A DNA stretch of 40,921 bases, from positions 1-40,921 of the forward strand of contig MHSA01000013.1 of NCBI GenBank assembly GCA_001821135.1. The letters are read 5' to 3'. The DNA is from Candidatus Taylorbacteria bacterium RIFCSPLOWO2_01_FULL_48_100 (GTDB lineage Bacteria; Patescibacteriota; Minisyncoccia; Phycocordibacterales; UBA10002). Below the pieces are notes generated by a model. The model ran no database searches, had not been told where the DNA came from, and saw only the letters and a list, made by a program, of their open reading frames with translations. This document shows positions 1 to 8,309 of this stretch, one piece after another (within the stretch, counting starts at the first letter, position 1; the number at the start of each line of letters is the position of its first letter). Made by a program: the position numbers and the translations under genes.

Positions 1-401
1 TACAACTTGATAACGACGGATGCAAAAAGAGATGTGCCGCTCGCGTGCGCCGCGACACGGCTTTTCATAAGCGCGGCGGCATCGGCTTGTTTAAGTAGTT
101 GGTAGAGCGCGTCGTTGTGCCGATAGCGCGCGGTAATGAAAAACCTCTTTCCCACGATAAAGTCAATCTCATCGTCGGTGTCTTCCGTCTTTTCTTTTTT
201 ACGGCGTGGAATTGGGAAGTGTAGAGTTAGGTGTATCACTTCTCCGTGACGGTCGGCGCGCGGCTTCCACGATGGGCGCGTAAGCTCCTCGCCGACAGTG
301 GGAGACAAATTAAATTCGTCAACAAGCGCGCGAATTTCGTGCGCAGTCGGATGTTCCGCGTCTATCCACAATATGCCGCCCCATTCTCGCCTCGTGGTCA
401 T
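1..401 (-). CDS. corA: CorA-family Mg2+/Co2+ transporter, N-terminal part (runs off the window start)
   Basis: Not in the ORF track. Manual translation from ATG at 401: MTTRREWGGILWIDAEHPTAHEIRALVDEFNLSPTVGEEL...LTLHFP...EIDFIVGKRFFITARY, matching the CorA cytoplasmic-domain pattern (WIDxxxPT, FP, EIDFIxGxxFxIT). Confidence 0.75.
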   Translation of the reverse strand, partial: MTTRREWGGILWIDAEHPTAHEIRALVDEFNLSPTVGEELTRPSWKPRADRHGEVIHLTLHFPIPRRKKEKTEDTDDEIDFIVGKRFFITARYRHNDALYQLLKQADAAALMKSRVAAHASGTSLFASVVIKL

Positions 402-458
402 AGCAATAAACAGTATAGCATATGAAAATACGCCGTCAGTGTGTTATGCTGTGCATCT

Positions 459-1244
459 ATGCACAAGAAATTGTGGCTATTACTAGGAGGGGCGGCGATG
501 TTTGTCGCGCTTCTTTTTGTATTGAAATATTCCTCGTTAGGTGATGGGCTTGTGTCGCTTGCGAGCAATGGCGGCGCGTGGCTCTTGCCGATCGTAGCCA
601 TCGCCGCGCTTTTAGACAGCATCAATCCGTGCGCCTTCTCGGTTCTTCTAATTACAATCGCGTTTCTTTTTAACTTAGGCAAACCGCGCCGCGAAGTGCT
701 TGCGCTCGGAGCGTCATACATCGCAGGTCTCTTTGTTGTGTATCTTTTTATCGGTCTGGGTCTGCTTCAAGCGTTGAACTTATTCGGTGTTCCGAACTTT
801 ATGGGGCGGCTCGGCGCGGCGGCGATTATCGTGTTTGGGATATTAAACCTGCTTGGCTATTTCTTCCCGCACATAAAATGGCTCCCAGGCATTCCGCAAA
901 GCATGCATCAGAAAATGGCTACGCTGATGGAAAAAGTATCGCTTCCGGCGGTGTTTTTGGTGGGCGCGCTTGTCGCGCTTTGCGAGTTTCCCTGCACTGG
1001 CGGGCCGTACCTTCTGGTGCTCGGGCTTTTGCACGACACGGCGACATATTTCAAGGGGTTTTGGTATTTAATTTTTTACAATATACTATTCGTATCGCCG
1101 CTTGTACTTATTCTGCTGGTTGCGTCTCAACGCGAACTGCTTGAAAAGGTAAGTGCGTGGAAGCGCGACAATATTGGTAAGGCGAAGTTGTGGATCGGCG
1201 GGCTTATGGTTGCACTAGGTATAATTATTATGTTTTTTGTATAG
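459..1244 (+). CDS. CcdA/DsbD-like transmembrane electron transporter (cytochrome c biogenesis family)
   Basis: Multi-pass hydrophobic protein with paired Cys motifs DSINPCAF and CEFPCTGGPY. Start moved to ATG 459, just after TATGCT. Confidence 0.75.
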   Translation: MHKKLWLLLGGAAMFVALLFVLKYSSLGDGLVSLASNGGAWLLPIVAIAALLDSINPCAFSVLLITIAFLFNLGKPRREVLALGASYIAGLFVVYLFIGLGLLQALNLFGVPNFMGRLGAAAIIVFGILNLLGYFFPHIKWLPGIPQSMHQKMATLMEKVSLPAVFLVGALVALCEFPCTGGPYLLVLGLLHDTATYFKGFWYLIFYNILFVSPLVLILLVASQRELLEKVSAWKRDNIGKAKLWIGGLMVALGIIIMFFV

Positions 1245-1247
1245 CAT

Positions 1248-1769
1248 ATGGGACAAATTGAACAAATTGACAGTGGAAAAATCGCGGAGTTTCTGAAGAA
1301 AGTTGAGACCTTGAAAAAGGCGGGCAGGGTTGATTTGTCTGCTGCGGAGGACGCGAGCGTCGCCGTGATGAACCTAATTTCTCTTGAAGAGCATTTCTTT
1401 TTCACGGCGTCGAAGACGGGGGACGCGTCGTATCATGACATTTCCAAAGACATCCGCGCGATGCGCACGCGCGTTATGGAAGGGCTAGTGGACAAGCATG
1501 AAGGCGAAACATGGTGCGCGACGAAGCACCTCCTCTCTGCGTCAATGCGCCTGATTGAAGTGGGTAACCGTTACAATGCGGCGGGAGAAAAAGAAAAAAT
1601 GAAGCAATCGTTCGCGGACGCCTACCGATTGTATTCAATTTTTTGGGCGTTAAAAGCAAAACTTGTGTCTGTTGCAAAAACGGTTGAAGTGGGGAAGGAG
1701 AGCGTAGAAAAGAAGTGGTCATTGGAGGACTTGGTCGCAAAATTGGCGGATTGTTGTGACGAAAAATAA
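1248..1769 (+). CDS. Hypothetical helical protein with His/Cys residues (EEH, WCxxKH, terminal CC)
   Basis: 173-aa ORF tightly packed in the operon; no family recognised. Confidence 0.6.
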   Translation: MGQIEQIDSGKIAEFLKKVETLKKAGRVDLSAAEDASVAVMNLISLEEHFFFTASKTGDASYHDISKDIRAMRTRVMEGLVDKHEGETWCATKHLLSASMRLIEVGNRYNAAGEKEKMKQSFADAYRLYSIFWALKAKLVSVAKTVEVGKESVEKKWSLEDLVAKLADCCDEK

Positions 1770-1770
1770 T

Positions 1771-2148
1771 ATGGAAAATGCAAAAAATAATTATGTCGGT
1801 TGGATTGTCCTTGTCGTGCTGGTCGGCGCGGCGCTTCTAACGACGATGTTTCTCGTACGCCCGCGGCCTGTTGCCGCGGAACTGGACGGCTTCGCGCAGT
1901 GCCTCGCGGAAAAGAAAATAACAATGTACGGGGCGTATTGGTGCTCGCACTGCAAAAATGAAAAGGCGGCGTTCGGCGATTCGTTCCGCTTTGTGCCGTA
2001 TGTGGAATGCACGGCTGATGTGAAGAAATGCACGGATGCCGGAATTAACGGATACCCAACCTGGATTTTTCCCGATGGGCGCAAGTTTGAGGGCGAACAG
2101 GGCGTAAAAAGATTGTCGGAATTGTCGGGTTGTGCTCTACCAGAATAA
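1771..2148 (+). CDS. Membrane-anchored thioredoxin-like protein (VKOR-associated Trx type)
   Basis: N-terminal TM helix, YGAYWCSHC, YVEC, and cis-Pro motif GYPTW. Confidence 0.8.
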   Translation: MENAKNNYVGWIVLVVLVGAALLTTMFLVRPRPVAAELDGFAQCLAEKKITMYGAYWCSHCKNEKAAFGDSFRFVPYVECTADVKKCTDAGINGYPTWIFPDGRKFEGEQGVKRLSELSGCALPE

Positions 2149-2207
2149 GCGCGATAATAACGATTATTTATTACTTGTGCAAAGAACTTTTTTACACACA
2201 CATAAGT

Positions 2208-2969
2208 ATGTTTGAACTCACAGGAAAGGTTGCGGTCGTAACGGGCGCGAGGCGCGGGATGGGGAGAGCGCACGCGCTTGCGCTCGCGAAGCAGGGCGCA
2301 AAGGTTGCAGTAACCGACATTAACCTCGCGGAATGCGAGGCGGTTGTGGAAGAAATTAAAAAAGCGGGCGGCGCGGGCGCTGCGTGGAAGTTGGATGTGT
2401 CATCCGCAGCGGAGGTGAATGCCGTGTTCGGCGAAATTGTATCAAGGTTCGGACGGTTGGATATTCTTATCAACAACGCAGGTATTTATGAGCCGAAAGC
2501 GGCGATTGATTTATCGGAAGCGGAGTGGGAGCGGATGATTCATATCAATCTCAAAGGACAGTTTTTGTGCGCGCAGCGCGCGGCTAAGGAGATGATGAAA
2601 AACAAGTGGGGACGCATCGTGAATATCGCGTCGGTTGCGTCTGGGCAAGTCGGTGTGGGAATTGCAGGCGGAGTACACTATACGGCGTCAAAGGGCGGAA
2701 TTATAGGAATGACAGAAACGCTCGCGATTGAGTTTGCACCGCTCGGCATTACAGTGAATGTGATTGGTCCGGGCGCGATTGATACGCCAATGGTTTCCGC
2801 GGCGCAGATTCCGAAAGAAGCGTTTGAGGGGATGCTCGCGCGGATTCCATTGAAGCGAATGGGGCGACCGGAAGAGATAGCCGCCGCAGGCGTGTTCCTT
2901 GCGTCTGAAGAGGCGAGCTATGTGACCGGCGCAACCTTGTTTGTAGATGGTGGCTGGCTTGCGGCGTAG
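2208..2969 (+). CDS. SDR-family NAD(P)-dependent oxidoreductase (FabG-like)
   Basis: TGARRGMG, NNAG, YTASK catalytic motif, PG, C-terminal VDGG. Confidence 0.9.
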   Translation: MFELTGKVAVVTGARRGMGRAHALALAKQGAKVAVTDINLAECEAVVEEIKKAGGAGAAWKLDVSSAAEVNAVFGEIVSRFGRLDILINNAGIYEPKAAIDLSEAEWERMIHINLKGQFLCAQRAAKEMMKNKWGRIVNIASVASGQVGVGIAGGVHYTASKGGIIGMTETLAIEFAPLGITVNVIGPGAIDTPMVSAAQIPKEAFEGMLARIPLKRMGRPEEIAAAGVFLASEEASYVTGATLFVDGGWLAA

Positions 2970-2971
2970 AT

Positions 2972-4111
2972 ATGTTAGAAATATTAGCCGAAAAAGCGCG
3001 CGTATATGCAATGCCGGTAGGCGTAATTCTCGCGGCGCTGGTTTTCTTTTGGTGGTATGTATTTGCCGATTCTATTGTAAACGCGCTTTTTCGCGCTGTA
3101 ATTATTTTGATTTTTGCGTATCCGTATTTGTTGCGCTATGCAGTGCCGTCCGCGTTGCACGCGGGGCTCGCGCGTGCAGCGCGCACAGGTATTCAATTGA
3201 GAAACGCCTCTGTTTTCAAGAAATTAGAGCAGGTGAAGATTGTTGTGTTTAATAAAACCGGCGTGTTGACTACGGGTAATCCGGACATAACCGACTTCGT
3301 TGTTTTTGACGACGCGCTCCCGCTTGCGGACGCGCTCTACCTTGCCGCGTCTTTAGAGAGCGCGTGTACTCACCCCATAGGTCGCGCTATTGCGGAAAAA
3401 GGTTTGGCGCTCAAACGCTCACTCGCAACGCCATTTGAGTTTAAGGAAATTTCGGGTATGGGGGTGTCTGGGGTGGTAGAGGGCAAGCATATTGAGATTG
3501 GAAATTTGTCGTATCTGGAAGGGCTAGCGGCAAATGTACAAGGTAAGGATATGGGTTTTGGGCGGTTTCAAACGGAAGGGAAGACCGTCGTGTTTATGTT
3601 TATAGACAAAAAACTCACAGCGCTGATTGCGCTTGCCGATTCTCCGCGGCCATTTGCGAAAGAAATGGTTGCGGCTATCCGCGATGTCGGTAAAGAAATT
3701 GTTTTGTTGACGGGAGATAACAAAAAGACAGCGGAGGCGGCGGCGCACGCGCTCGGAATCACCGAAATGCGCGCGGAAGTGTTTCCGCGCGACCGAGCGC
3801 GCATTATTGAAGAATTACAAAAAGATGTAACTGGTAAAGCGCGCGCGGTCGCGCTCGTAGGCGACGGGAGCGCAGGTGATGCGGGTGCGCGCGCGCAGGC
3901 GGATGTGAATATCTGTTTTTGCGGAAATAGTCGAGGCAGTTATGATGTTGTATGCGCAAATGATGACATCCGAAATATCGCAACTCTTTTTGTGAACACC
4001 AAGAAAACAATGTTGACTGTGAAAATGTACATACTCTTACAATTCGCGTGGTACGCAATCGCGCTCCCCATCGCCTCTGCAATACCGCTTGATTTTATTT
4101 TTAATTGGTAG
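2972..4111 (+). CDS. Degenerate P1B-type (heavy-metal) ATPase-like protein, P/N domains only
   Basis: SxHP, GxGV, LTGD and GDG motifs present. The phosphorylation motif reads NKTGVLT instead of DKTGTLT; there is no TGE actuator domain and no CPC/CPH. Confidence 0.75.
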   Translation: MLEILAEKARVYAMPVGVILAALVFFWWYVFADSIVNALFRAVIILIFAYPYLLRYAVPSALHAGLARAARTGIQLRNASVFKKLEQVKIVVFNKTGVLTTGNPDITDFVVFDDALPLADALYLAASLESACTHPIGRAIAEKGLALKRSLATPFEFKEISGMGVSGVVEGKHIEIGNLSYLEGLAANVQGKDMGFGRFQTEGKTVVFMFIDKKLTALIALADSPRPFAKEMVAAIRDVGKEIVLLTGDNKKTAEAAAHALGITEMRAEVFPRDRARIIEELQKDVTGKARAVALVGDGSAGDAGARAQADVNICFCGNSRGSYDVVCANDDIRNIATLFVNTKKTMLTVKMYILLQFAWYAIALPIASAIPLDFIFNW

Positions 4112-4145
4112 ATACTATTCGTAGAAGTATAAAATAGGAATAAAA

Positions 4146-4355
4146 ATGAAAGCAAACGAAGTTGATGTTGCTGACGCCGTCAGAATTATAAGAGGTGATT
4201 GGACAAATCAAGTTGGAACGGTAACGCACAAAAGTGAGTTACTTTCAGTTTCTGGTGAGCAGCAAAAAGCCCTGCTTACAATTCGACTTGAGACATTTCC
4301 TAAATCAATTCAGAAAAACAATTTTGACATTGAAAAAATCGCCTCTGCTCAATAA
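4146..4355 (+). CDS. Small hypothetical protein, possibly KOW/SH3-like
   Basis: 69 aa; DAVRIIRGDWTNQVGTV resembles a KOW motif; followed by a terminator. Confidence 0.5.
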   Translation: MKANEVDVADAVRIIRGDWTNQVGTVTHKSELLSVSGEQQKALLTIRLETFPKSIQKNNFDIEKIASAQ

Positions 4356-4406
4356 CCCAGCACTTTTGATTTTCTAAGAAAATCAAAAGTGCTGGGTTCT
4401 TTTTTT
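4354..4406 (+). terminator. Long perfect inverted repeat / intrinsic terminator
   Basis: 22-bp arms AACCCAGCACTTTTGATTTTCT (4354-4375) and its reverse complement (4377-4398), followed by a T-run. Confidence 0.75.
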
Positions 4407-4437
4407 AACTAGTCCAACATCATGATAATATCTAACT

Positions 4438-5037
4438 ATGCCCGTCCAAAATAAAACTCTTTATGTAATTGGCGGTGTCGCGCTCCTCGCGCTTGGTATT
4501 TTTATCGGCGCGTCTTTTGGAAATAAAAAGGAAACATCGCCGCCGGCGCAAACAGCGGCGGTTGTTGAAAGCGTAATCTCCCCAACAGAGAATACCACCA
4601 CCCCCGAACCCATCCTTGGAAAAGGAGGGGAGGAAAAAGTGAGGGTCGTGCGTGTGGTAGATGGCGACACGATTAATGTGGAAATAAACAGCAAGGTAGA
4701 ACCCGTGCGGTATATCGGTATTGATACACCGGAAACAGTTGACCCGCGCAAGCCCGTGCAATGCTTCGGCATAGAAGCGTCAAAGAAAAACAAAGAATTG
4801 GTGGAAGGCAAGATGGTACGGCTTGAAAAGGACATTACTGACAGAGATAAATACAATCGCCTGCTTCGGTATGTATGGCTCGGTGACATTCTTATCAACA
4901 AAGCGCTTGTGGAGCAGGGCTTCGCCACATCATATTCCTATCCGCCAGATGTTAAATACCAAGACTTATTCGTTGCAGCCGAAAAGAAAGCTCGCGAGGA
5001 CAAACTTGGTCTTTGGACCGCTTGTGCTTCTGATTAA
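4438..5037 (+). CDS. Membrane-anchored thermonuclease (SNase family)
   Basis: N-terminal TM, VVDGDTI, VRYIGIDTPE, DKYNRLLRYV, C-terminal GLW. Confidence 0.9.
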   Translation: MPVQNKTLYVIGGVALLALGIFIGASFGNKKETSPPAQTAAVVESVISPTENTTTPEPILGKGGEEKVRVVRVVDGDTINVEINSKVEPVRYIGIDTPETVDPRKPVQCFGIEASKKNKELVEGKMVRLEKDITDRDKYNRLLRYVWLGDILINKALVEQGFATSYSYPPDVKYQDLFVAAEKKAREDKLGLWTACASD

Positions 5038-5115
5038 GTTGTAACCGTTGCTGGTTGTGCATAGTTAAGATTATCTGGATGCCTACTGCACGCGCATACC
5101 GCTTTTATGCTAGTA

Positions 5116-5445
5116 TTTTGCAAAACACTAGTATAGAGATTGGGCAAGGTGATATAATAAAGATAAGATGGTATGATAAAAATATGGCGCTTGAATACAG
5201 GAAAGTGGAGCGAATGGTGAAAGGTTTTGCGAATCATAACCGATTGAAAATATTAGAACTTTTGGAAGACGAACCGGAACTTTCTGTTGCTGACATTACC
5301 GAACGGCTCAAAATGGGTTATGAAAACGCTTCTGATCACATACGAAAAATTGCCATCGCAGGCCTCGTGATGAAACGCAATTCCGGTCCAAGCGTGCTTC
5401 ATCGGTTGACGCCTCGCGGCAGGTCTATACTAGTGTTTTGCAAAA
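5116..5445. repeat. 22-bp perfect inverted repeat pair flanking the ArsR-like gene
   Basis: TTTTGCAAAACACTAGTATAGA at 5116-5137 and TCTATACTAGTGTTTTGCAAAA at 5424-5445. Confidence 0.85.
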
Positions 5446-5456
5446 AACTGCAATAA
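5184..5456 (+). CDS. ArsR/SmtB-family winged HTH regulator
   Basis: KGFANHNRLKILELL...LSVADITERL...ASDHIRKIAIAGLV; ATG 5184 follows TGGTATGAT. Confidence 0.8.
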   Translation: MALEYRKVERMVKGFANHNRLKILELLEDEPELSVADITERLKMGYENASDHIRKIAIAGLVMKRNSGPSVLHRLTPRGRSILVFCKKLQ

Positions 5457-5483
5457 GAAATGCATTAAAAAAACAATATCAAT

Positions 5484-6296
5484 ATGAAGATAGGAATCGT
5501 AGGTTTGCCGAATGTGGGGAAGAGTACGCTGTTTAATGCGCTTACGAAACAGAGCGTGCCGGCTGAGAATTACCCGTTTTGCACTATTAACCCGAGCATT
5601 GGAATTGTGCCTGTGCCGGATGAGCGACTCCAAAAATTATCGGAACTTTCACATTCCAAAAAGACGATTCCTGCAATTGTGGAATTTGTAGACATTGCTG
5701 GGCTTGTAAAAGGTGCGAGTGAGGGCGAAGGACTAGGCAATAAGTTTTTGTCGCACATTCGTGAAGTAGATGCGGTTGCGGAAGTTGTGCGCGTCTTTGA
5801 GGACAAAGACATTATTCATGTGCACGAGAAAGTGGACCCGTTGTTTGATATTGAAATTATAAATTTGGAACTGGAGCGCGCGGGGCTTGTGAAGCCGATT
5901 TTGTATGTGCTGAATTCGTCTGAAGCCGCCGAGAATGTAACGGAAAAGATAAAAGATAAAATCCCGGGGCGGTTTGTCGTTGTGGACCCTGTATTCGGTA
6001 CGGGAATAGCTCAACTGATTGTAGAAGCGTATGCGCTTTTGGATTTAATCTCGTTTTTTACGACGGGCGAGGATGAAACGCGCGCATGGACGACGAGGCG
6101 CGGAAGCACCGCGCCCGAGGCGGGGAAGGCGCTACACACCGACTTCCGCGACAAATTCATTCGCGCCGAAGTTATACATTATAACAAACTTATGGAAGCG
6201 GGGAGCTACATTGCGGCGCGCGAGCGCGGGTGGGTGCGTACGGAAGGAAAAGAGTATATAGTACAAGATGGCGATATTATAGAATTTAAAATATAA
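5484..6296 (+). CDS. ychF: YchF/Ola1 ribosome-binding ATPase, shortened form
   Basis: GIVGLPNVGKSTLFNALT, NYPFCTI, DIAGLV, GEGLGNKFL, C-terminal TGS domain EGKEYIVQDGD. Confidence 0.92.
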   Translation: MKIGIVGLPNVGKSTLFNALTKQSVPAENYPFCTINPSIGIVPVPDERLQKLSELSHSKKTIPAIVEFVDIAGLVKGASEGEGLGNKFLSHIREVDAVAEVVRVFEDKDIIHVHEKVDPLFDIEIINLELERAGLVKPILYVLNSSEAAENVTEKIKDKIPGRFVVVDPVFGTGIAQLIVEAYALLDLISFFTTGEDETRAWTTRRGSTAPEAGKALHTDFRDKFIRAEVIHYNKLMEAGSYIAARERGWVRTEGKEYIVQDGDIIEFKI

Positions 6297-6298
6297 AT

Positions 6299-7228
6299 AT
6301 GGACAAACCAAAATTGACTCCGAAGGATTTCTTTTTGTATGTTGGCGCGCTTTTAACGCTATATGTTTCCGCGGGGAGCTTGATTGGGCTTTTGTTTTCT
6401 ACGATTGACCGCGTGTTTCGCGATGAACTCCAGTATTATTACGACCCGTATTCTGGCGGCATCCGTTTTGCAATAGCGTCGCTTATTGTCGTCTTTCCGC
6501 TTTCGCTCGTTTTGTTTTCGTTTATCAAAAAAGGAATTGCGCGCGAGCCCGCGAAGCTTGGGCTCGCGCTTCGCCGATGGGCACTTTGGGTTACTATTTT
6601 CATTACCGGCGCAATGCTCGCCGGAGACCTTATTGCCGTTCTTTCCGGTTTTCTCGGCGGGGAACTCACGGTGCGATTTGTGCTCAAGGCGCTCGTCGTG
6701 CTCGCGGTTTCCGCAGCAGTGTTTTGGTACGCAGTGCTGGAAATCCGCCTCACGCCGGAACGGCCCGTGTCGTTGCGGAAAGGGTTTATTATCAGTTCTT
6801 TGGTTGGCGTGCTCGCGGCGGTAGTGTGGGGGTTCTTCGTGATGGGCTCGCCGTTTACAGTGCGCAATCTCCGTATGGACGAGCGGCGCGTATCGGATTT
6901 GCAAAGCATTCAATGGCAGGTTGTGAATTATTGGCAACAGAAAGAAAGGTTTCCGAAATCGCTTGCTGAGATTGAAGACCCGCTTTCAGGATACAAAACA
7001 CCTACTGACCCAGTTACGAAAGCGCCGTACGAATTTACGCTTGGAGAAGGGTATGCCTTTTCGCTCTGCGCAACATTTGAATTGCCGAATAATGGACGCA
7101 ATCAAAACATCGCAAAATATCCAATCGCTGATATGTCTGCCGAGAATTGGGAACATACAGCAGGGCGCGTATGTTTTGAGCGCACGCTGGACCCCGAACG
7201 ATACCCGCCGTATGCGAAAACAAGATAA
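6299..7228 (+). CDS. Conserved multi-pass membrane protein (DUF5671-like)
   Basis: About five TM helices followed by an extracytoplasmic domain with DERRVSDL, DPVT..YEF, LCATF and CF, typical of a CPR family. Confidence 0.6.
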   Translation: MDKPKLTPKDFFLYVGALLTLYVSAGSLIGLLFSTIDRVFRDELQYYYDPYSGGIRFAIASLIVVFPLSLVLFSFIKKGIAREPAKLGLALRRWALWVTIFITGAMLAGDLIAVLSGFLGGELTVRFVLKALVVLAVSAAVFWYAVLEIRLTPERPVSLRKGFIISSLVGVLAAVVWGFFVMGSPFTVRNLRMDERRVSDLQSIQWQVVNYWQQKERFPKSLAEIEDPLSGYKTPTDPVTKAPYEFTLGEGYAFSLCATFELPNNGRNQNIAKYPIADMSAENWEHTAGRVCFERTLDPERYPPYAKTR

Positions 7229-7289
7229 ATTTGTTTTTTCTTGTATGTAGAGTATTCTAAACGCAGAATAGTCAATCGAAAGGAATAAA

Positions 7290-8216
7290 TTGAAAACAAA
7301 GACCTTGCTCCTTGACACCCTACCGTCGTGGTATCGGCTCTCTTGGAATGCCTCTCAAAATGCTCTGCAAATTCATATTGCTGAAGCGTACATAGCCGCA
7401 CTTCCGCCAATTCCAGACAATTCTCCTCTACGGATTTTCGCTGAGAAAAAAGTATCCGGCGATTTATTTGCTTCTTATAGTTTAGACCTAACTGCAAAAC
7501 AGTTTGGTTTTAACGGAAGTGTCCGCAGATTAGACGCCACGGATCCAAAAACTGGATTCGTATCTTTTTCGGTTGCTTTGCCGAGAGTTCATACTTCCAC
7601 AGGAATGGCTTGTCAGGAATGCGGCGGCACAGGCGAAAGCGACGATCATCGATGTTTCCACTGTAACGGGTTTAAGCTGGAAATGAAATACGACTGGTAC
7701 GGCGCGTATTCAATTACCGAGAGTTTACAGTTGCTATTCTGGCTCTTGGATATAAGGCTGGAAGCAGAAATGCATACTGAAGTTCCGCAACTGTTCACAC
7801 TTCATTTGTGCGCGGAGCGCAGTATGCATGGAAGTTCTATGGGCGGTCATTTAGGTAAGGATGCGCTGAAGATGTTAAGGTGTGTTATTGCTTCCGGCAA
7901 AGAGCGTTGCGTAAATGTAGAACGCCGAATTACAGAGGCACTTACCCAATCGTGGCAACATATGATGGCTAAATGCGACTACGATAACCATAATCTTCGT
8001 GTGGAAATTCGCGAAGATGCGAATCTTTTTATCACATGTCCTGGAGATGCCGCTGGAGTATATACCGTAAACGAAAATTGGAGGGCGAGCTACGATAAAG
8101 GTTGCGACATTAGTTGCCACAATATGGATAATCCGACACAGGCGCTTGCGTGTCTTGCGGGGCTTGCTGTTTTTTCCGAAGAGTTGGAAAAAGAATGGCT
8201 CTTGTGGAATGAATAA
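7290..8216 (+). CDS. Hypothetical protein with a DnaJ-type zinc finger
   Basis: 308-aa ORF with CQECGGTG and CFHCNG; TTG start after AAGGA; followed by a terminator. Confidence 0.6.
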   Translation: MKTKTLLLDTLPSWYRLSWNASQNALQIHIAEAYIAALPPIPDNSPLRIFAEKKVSGDLFASYSLDLTAKQFGFNGSVRRLDATDPKTGFVSFSVALPRVHTSTGMACQECGGTGESDDHRCFHCNGFKLEMKYDWYGAYSITESLQLLFWLLDIRLEAEMHTEVPQLFTLHLCAERSMHGSSMGGHLGKDALKMLRCVIASGKERCVNVERRITEALTQSWQHMMAKCDYDNHNLRVEIREDANLFITCPGDAAGVYTVNENWRASYDKGCDISCHNMDNPTQALACLAGLAVFSEELEKEWLLWNE

Positions 8217-8241
8217 AGACAAAAAGTGGATTTTTGAGCAC

Positions 8242-8283
8242 CCGCCCAGCATTTCGTAGTAAGTGTTGGGCGGTTTTCTTTTT
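8242..8283 (+). terminator. Intrinsic terminator
   Basis: CCGCCCAGCATTT/AAGTGTTGGGCGG stem followed by a T-rich tail. Confidence 0.7.
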
Positions 8284-8309
8284 GTCTTTTTTGCTGTAAA
8301 ATGAATACT

